Shown: in pieces, positions 24,642-26,634 of the stretch
Numbering within the stretch: the stretch's first letter is position 1
How the letters are laid out: every line of letters starts with the position of its first letter
Source of the DNA: a virus
Lineage: Duplodnaviria > Caudoviricetes
DNA: 26,634 nt
Virus record (IMG/VR): IMGVR_UViG_3300028844_008255
Location: 1-26,634 of that record
Direction: 5' to 3' (one strand)
Program-made: the position numbers and the translations under genes
The notes under the pieces: model-generated
Seen by the model: only the letters and a program-made list of their open reading frames with translations
What the model was told of the DNA's origin: nothing
The model's database searches: none

Positions 24642-26506
24642 AGATAACTACCTCCAAGCGCCTCGTCGATAGTGTCGACATCAAATGTGCTAGAACTTGT
24701 ATTGATAGTGACGTTGTTCGTAGTTTGATTATTAACGGTGCTATTAGATGTATTTGTTTCATTACTTGAGCTAGGAGTAAACCAACCAACAACCGTGTCT
24801 ACGATATCCATTAGCCAGCCGACAGTATGATCTAATATCCACTGAACGCACTCGATAATTGCGTTAAGAATATCTAAAATTGGCTTTAATACGGCATATA
24901 ACACTTCAAGCACTGGTGCGATTACTCTTTGGATAATCTCTGCTAGCATCGTAAAGAGTGGCATGAAAGCCTCAAGTATCTTCCCTACTGCATCAAGTAC
25001 AGCCTTAATAGGAAGTAGTAATACATTAAGTAAAGGAACTAAAAGATTGATTAAGTTTCCTATCACTTCCATTACAAGCTCAATGATAGGCATTAAAACC
25101 TCACCTACCGCTTCAACTATCATGAAGATTGGCTCAAGTATCTGCATTAAGATACTACCGAGTTCCATCAGGATATCTTTGAATGTCTCGGTTTGCGTTA
25201 AAGCCATAATAAGAATGGCAATCAAAGCTCCTATTCCTAAAGTAGCAGCACTTATTCCAGCACCAGCAAAAAAGCCACTAGTTCCAGTAGCAGTTAAAGC
25301 AGTCGATAAGCCTTTTACAATCGGAATGATAGTTGTAATGATTTTTATGGCAGGTCCAATAGCAGCAACCAGTCCTATAACTACTAAAATCGTCTTTTTA
25401 GTCGTGTCATTCATGTTTGCTAGTTTATTTGCCCATTCACTAATCTTAGGAATGATCGAATCTTTAAGATAAGTTAAAAACTCAGTCATTATAGGGAGTA
25501 AAATCTGGGCTAGTTCTACTCCTAATGTTTGAAGCTCTTGTTTTACTTTATCTAGTTCATCATTAAACTTTGCAGAAGCTTCGACTTCTTCTTCAGTGAT
25601 AACGCCAAGCTCCTGACATTCATTTCTAAAATTCTCAATGTCAGTACTTGAGGCACTTAAAAGTTGTTGTAAATCAGTGCCTATCTTTTCACCAAAAATA
25701 TCATTTGCGATTCCAACTCTTAAGGTTTCATCTTCTAAATTAGCTAAGGCATTACGAATGATCTCAAAAGCCTGATCTACATTTTTACCTTTTAACTCAT
25801 CATAGGTAATCCCTAGTTTTGTTAAGGCATCAGTTGCAGACGAGGTATTGCCACTAGCTAAGTCACCAAGTAATGAATTAGTTTTAGTAAAGGCTTTTTG
25901 AAGTTGCTCATTATCTACAGCTAAAAGCTTTGCTACATAGTTCCATTCTTGAAGTGCCTCTACTGACATTCCTAGTTTCGAAGCTTGATCTCCTAATTCA
26001 TCAGCCGTTTCAGCACTTTTAATAGATAATGTAGTTAAAGCCGTTACTGCGCCTAGAATTGGTGCGGTCACATACTTAGTAAGATTTGAGCCAACTTTAC
26101 TTAACTTATTTAAATTAGCATTCCCTAATTCATTAATTTTCTTAGTGGTATCTTCAAGTTGATTATTTAACTTACTAATATCGGCTTCTGTATATTCAAC
26201 ATTTCTTCTAAGTTGATTAAATTCCTTTACAGAGATATCACCAATCTCAAGAGCTTTCTTAGCCTTTTCTAATTGCTCGTTTTGATTTTGAAGTTTCTTT
26301 TTTGTCTCTTCTACAATTGAGTTAAGAGTTTCTTGTTTCTTCTTCCATAAGTCAAGATTGGTAGAGTCATAGCGTAAAGAGGTATTAATAGCCTTTAGGT
26401 CTTTTTGTTGCTCTTTAAGGTTAGCTTTGATATTTGTTAATTCATTTTGCGGGTCTTTTGCATCAAGGGTTAATTTGATATTTAAGCCTCTTACTGTTTC
26501 AGCCAT
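24638..26506 (-). CDS. Phage tail tape measure protein
   Basis: MAETVRGLNIKL start, coiled coil, LTKYVTAPI, Ala/Gly-rich hydrophobic segment and amphipathic Pro-spaced repeats. Confidence 0.9.
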   Translation of the reverse strand: MAETVRGLNIKLTLDAKDPQNELTNIKANLKEQQKDLKAINTSLRYDSTNLDLWKKKQETLNSIVEETKKKLQNQNEQLEKAKKALEIGDISVKEFNQLRRNVEYTEADISKLNNQLEDTTKKINELGNANLNKLSKVGSNLTKYVTAPILGAVTALTTLSIKSAETADELGDQASKLGMSVEALQEWNYVAKLLAVDNEQLQKAFTKTNSLLGDLASGNTSSATDALTKLGITYDELKGKNVDQAFEIIRNALANLEDETLRVGIANDIFGEKIGTDLQQLLSASSTDIENFRNECQELGVITEEEVEASAKFNDELDKVKQELQTLGVELAQILLPIMTEFLTYLKDSIIPKISEWANKLANMNDTTKKTILVVIGLVAAIGPAIKIITTIIPIVKGLSTALTATGTSGFFAGAGISAATLGIGALIAILIMALTQTETFKDILMELGSILMQILEPIFMIVEAVGEVLMPIIELVMEVIGNLINLLVPLLNVLLLPIKAVLDAVGKILEAFMPLFTMLAEIIQRVIAPVLEVLYAVLKPILDILNAIIECVQWILDHTVGWLMDIVDTVVGWFTPSSSNETNTSNSTVNNQTTNNVTINTSSSTFDVDTIDEALGGSYL

Positions 26507-26523
26507 TTAGTTACCTCCTTTCG

Positions 26524-26634
26524 CTATAAGAAAAAACTATCAATATCAGATTGATTCGCTCTTCTATTGGTTTCGCCTTTATAGAGTTCTTTTTCAATTT
26601 CAATAAGCTCTATATAGGTTCCAATATCAAAGTG
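26524..26634 (-). CDS. 3' end of a tail assembly chaperone-like gene (partial, not in the ORF track)
   Basis: Open frame HFDIGTYIELIE...RRANQSDIDSFFL* ending just before the tape measure SD (AAAGGAGG). Confidence 0.6.
   Translation of the reverse strand, partial: HFDIGTYIELIEIEKELYKGETNRRANQSDIDSFFL

Larger units (their letters stand above)
19103..26634 (-). mobile_element. Prophage tail and lysis module (extends beyond the window)
   Basis: Canonical order TAC, TMP, Dit, Tal, baseplate, fibre, holins, terminator. Confidence 0.9.

Noticed and set aside
610-25472. Short alternative-frame and antisense ORFs in the track (e.g. 610-810, 1815-2087, 3097-3399, 8826-9149, 18072-18329, 24963-25472)
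   Set aside because: They lie within well-supported genes, carry no recognisable motifs and read as shadow frames.
1121-26526. TAG stop-codon reassignment, suggested by in-frame continuation after TAG at 3396, 1121, 7130 and 20823
   Set aside because: TAG ends genes at natural boundaries (nrdD C-terminus with an SD for the next gene, the 8-nt overlap at 19850, the chaperone end at 26524), long genes have no internal TAG, and the hsdR lesion is TAA.

Overview
AT-rich window from a low-GC Bacillota-type genome (standard code), read almost entirely on the minus strand. From right to left it holds four blocks. (1) The end of a siphovirus-like prophage: tape measure, distal tail, baseplate and fibre genes, a Pol-beta-type nucleotidyltransferase, and two holin-like genes with no endolysin. 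(2) A type I restriction-modification locus (HTH controller, hsdR, hsdM, hsdS) followed by inverted silent hsdS cassettes and a tyrosine recombinase. This is an hsdS shufflon built on two classes of 20-bp inverted sites, giving 2 x 3 = 6 possible specificities; as sequenced, hsdR has one nonsense codon and the expressed hsdS a 1-nt frameshift. (3) An ImmA/IrrE-peptidase-HTH regulator, a sigma-region-4-like protein, two small genes and tandem large serine recombinases. (4) A tightly coupled operon of membrane-anchored XRE regulator, nrdG, ATP-cone-less nrdD, metallophosphoesterase and dTMP-kinase-like gene. All calls come from reading motifs by eye; no database searches were run.
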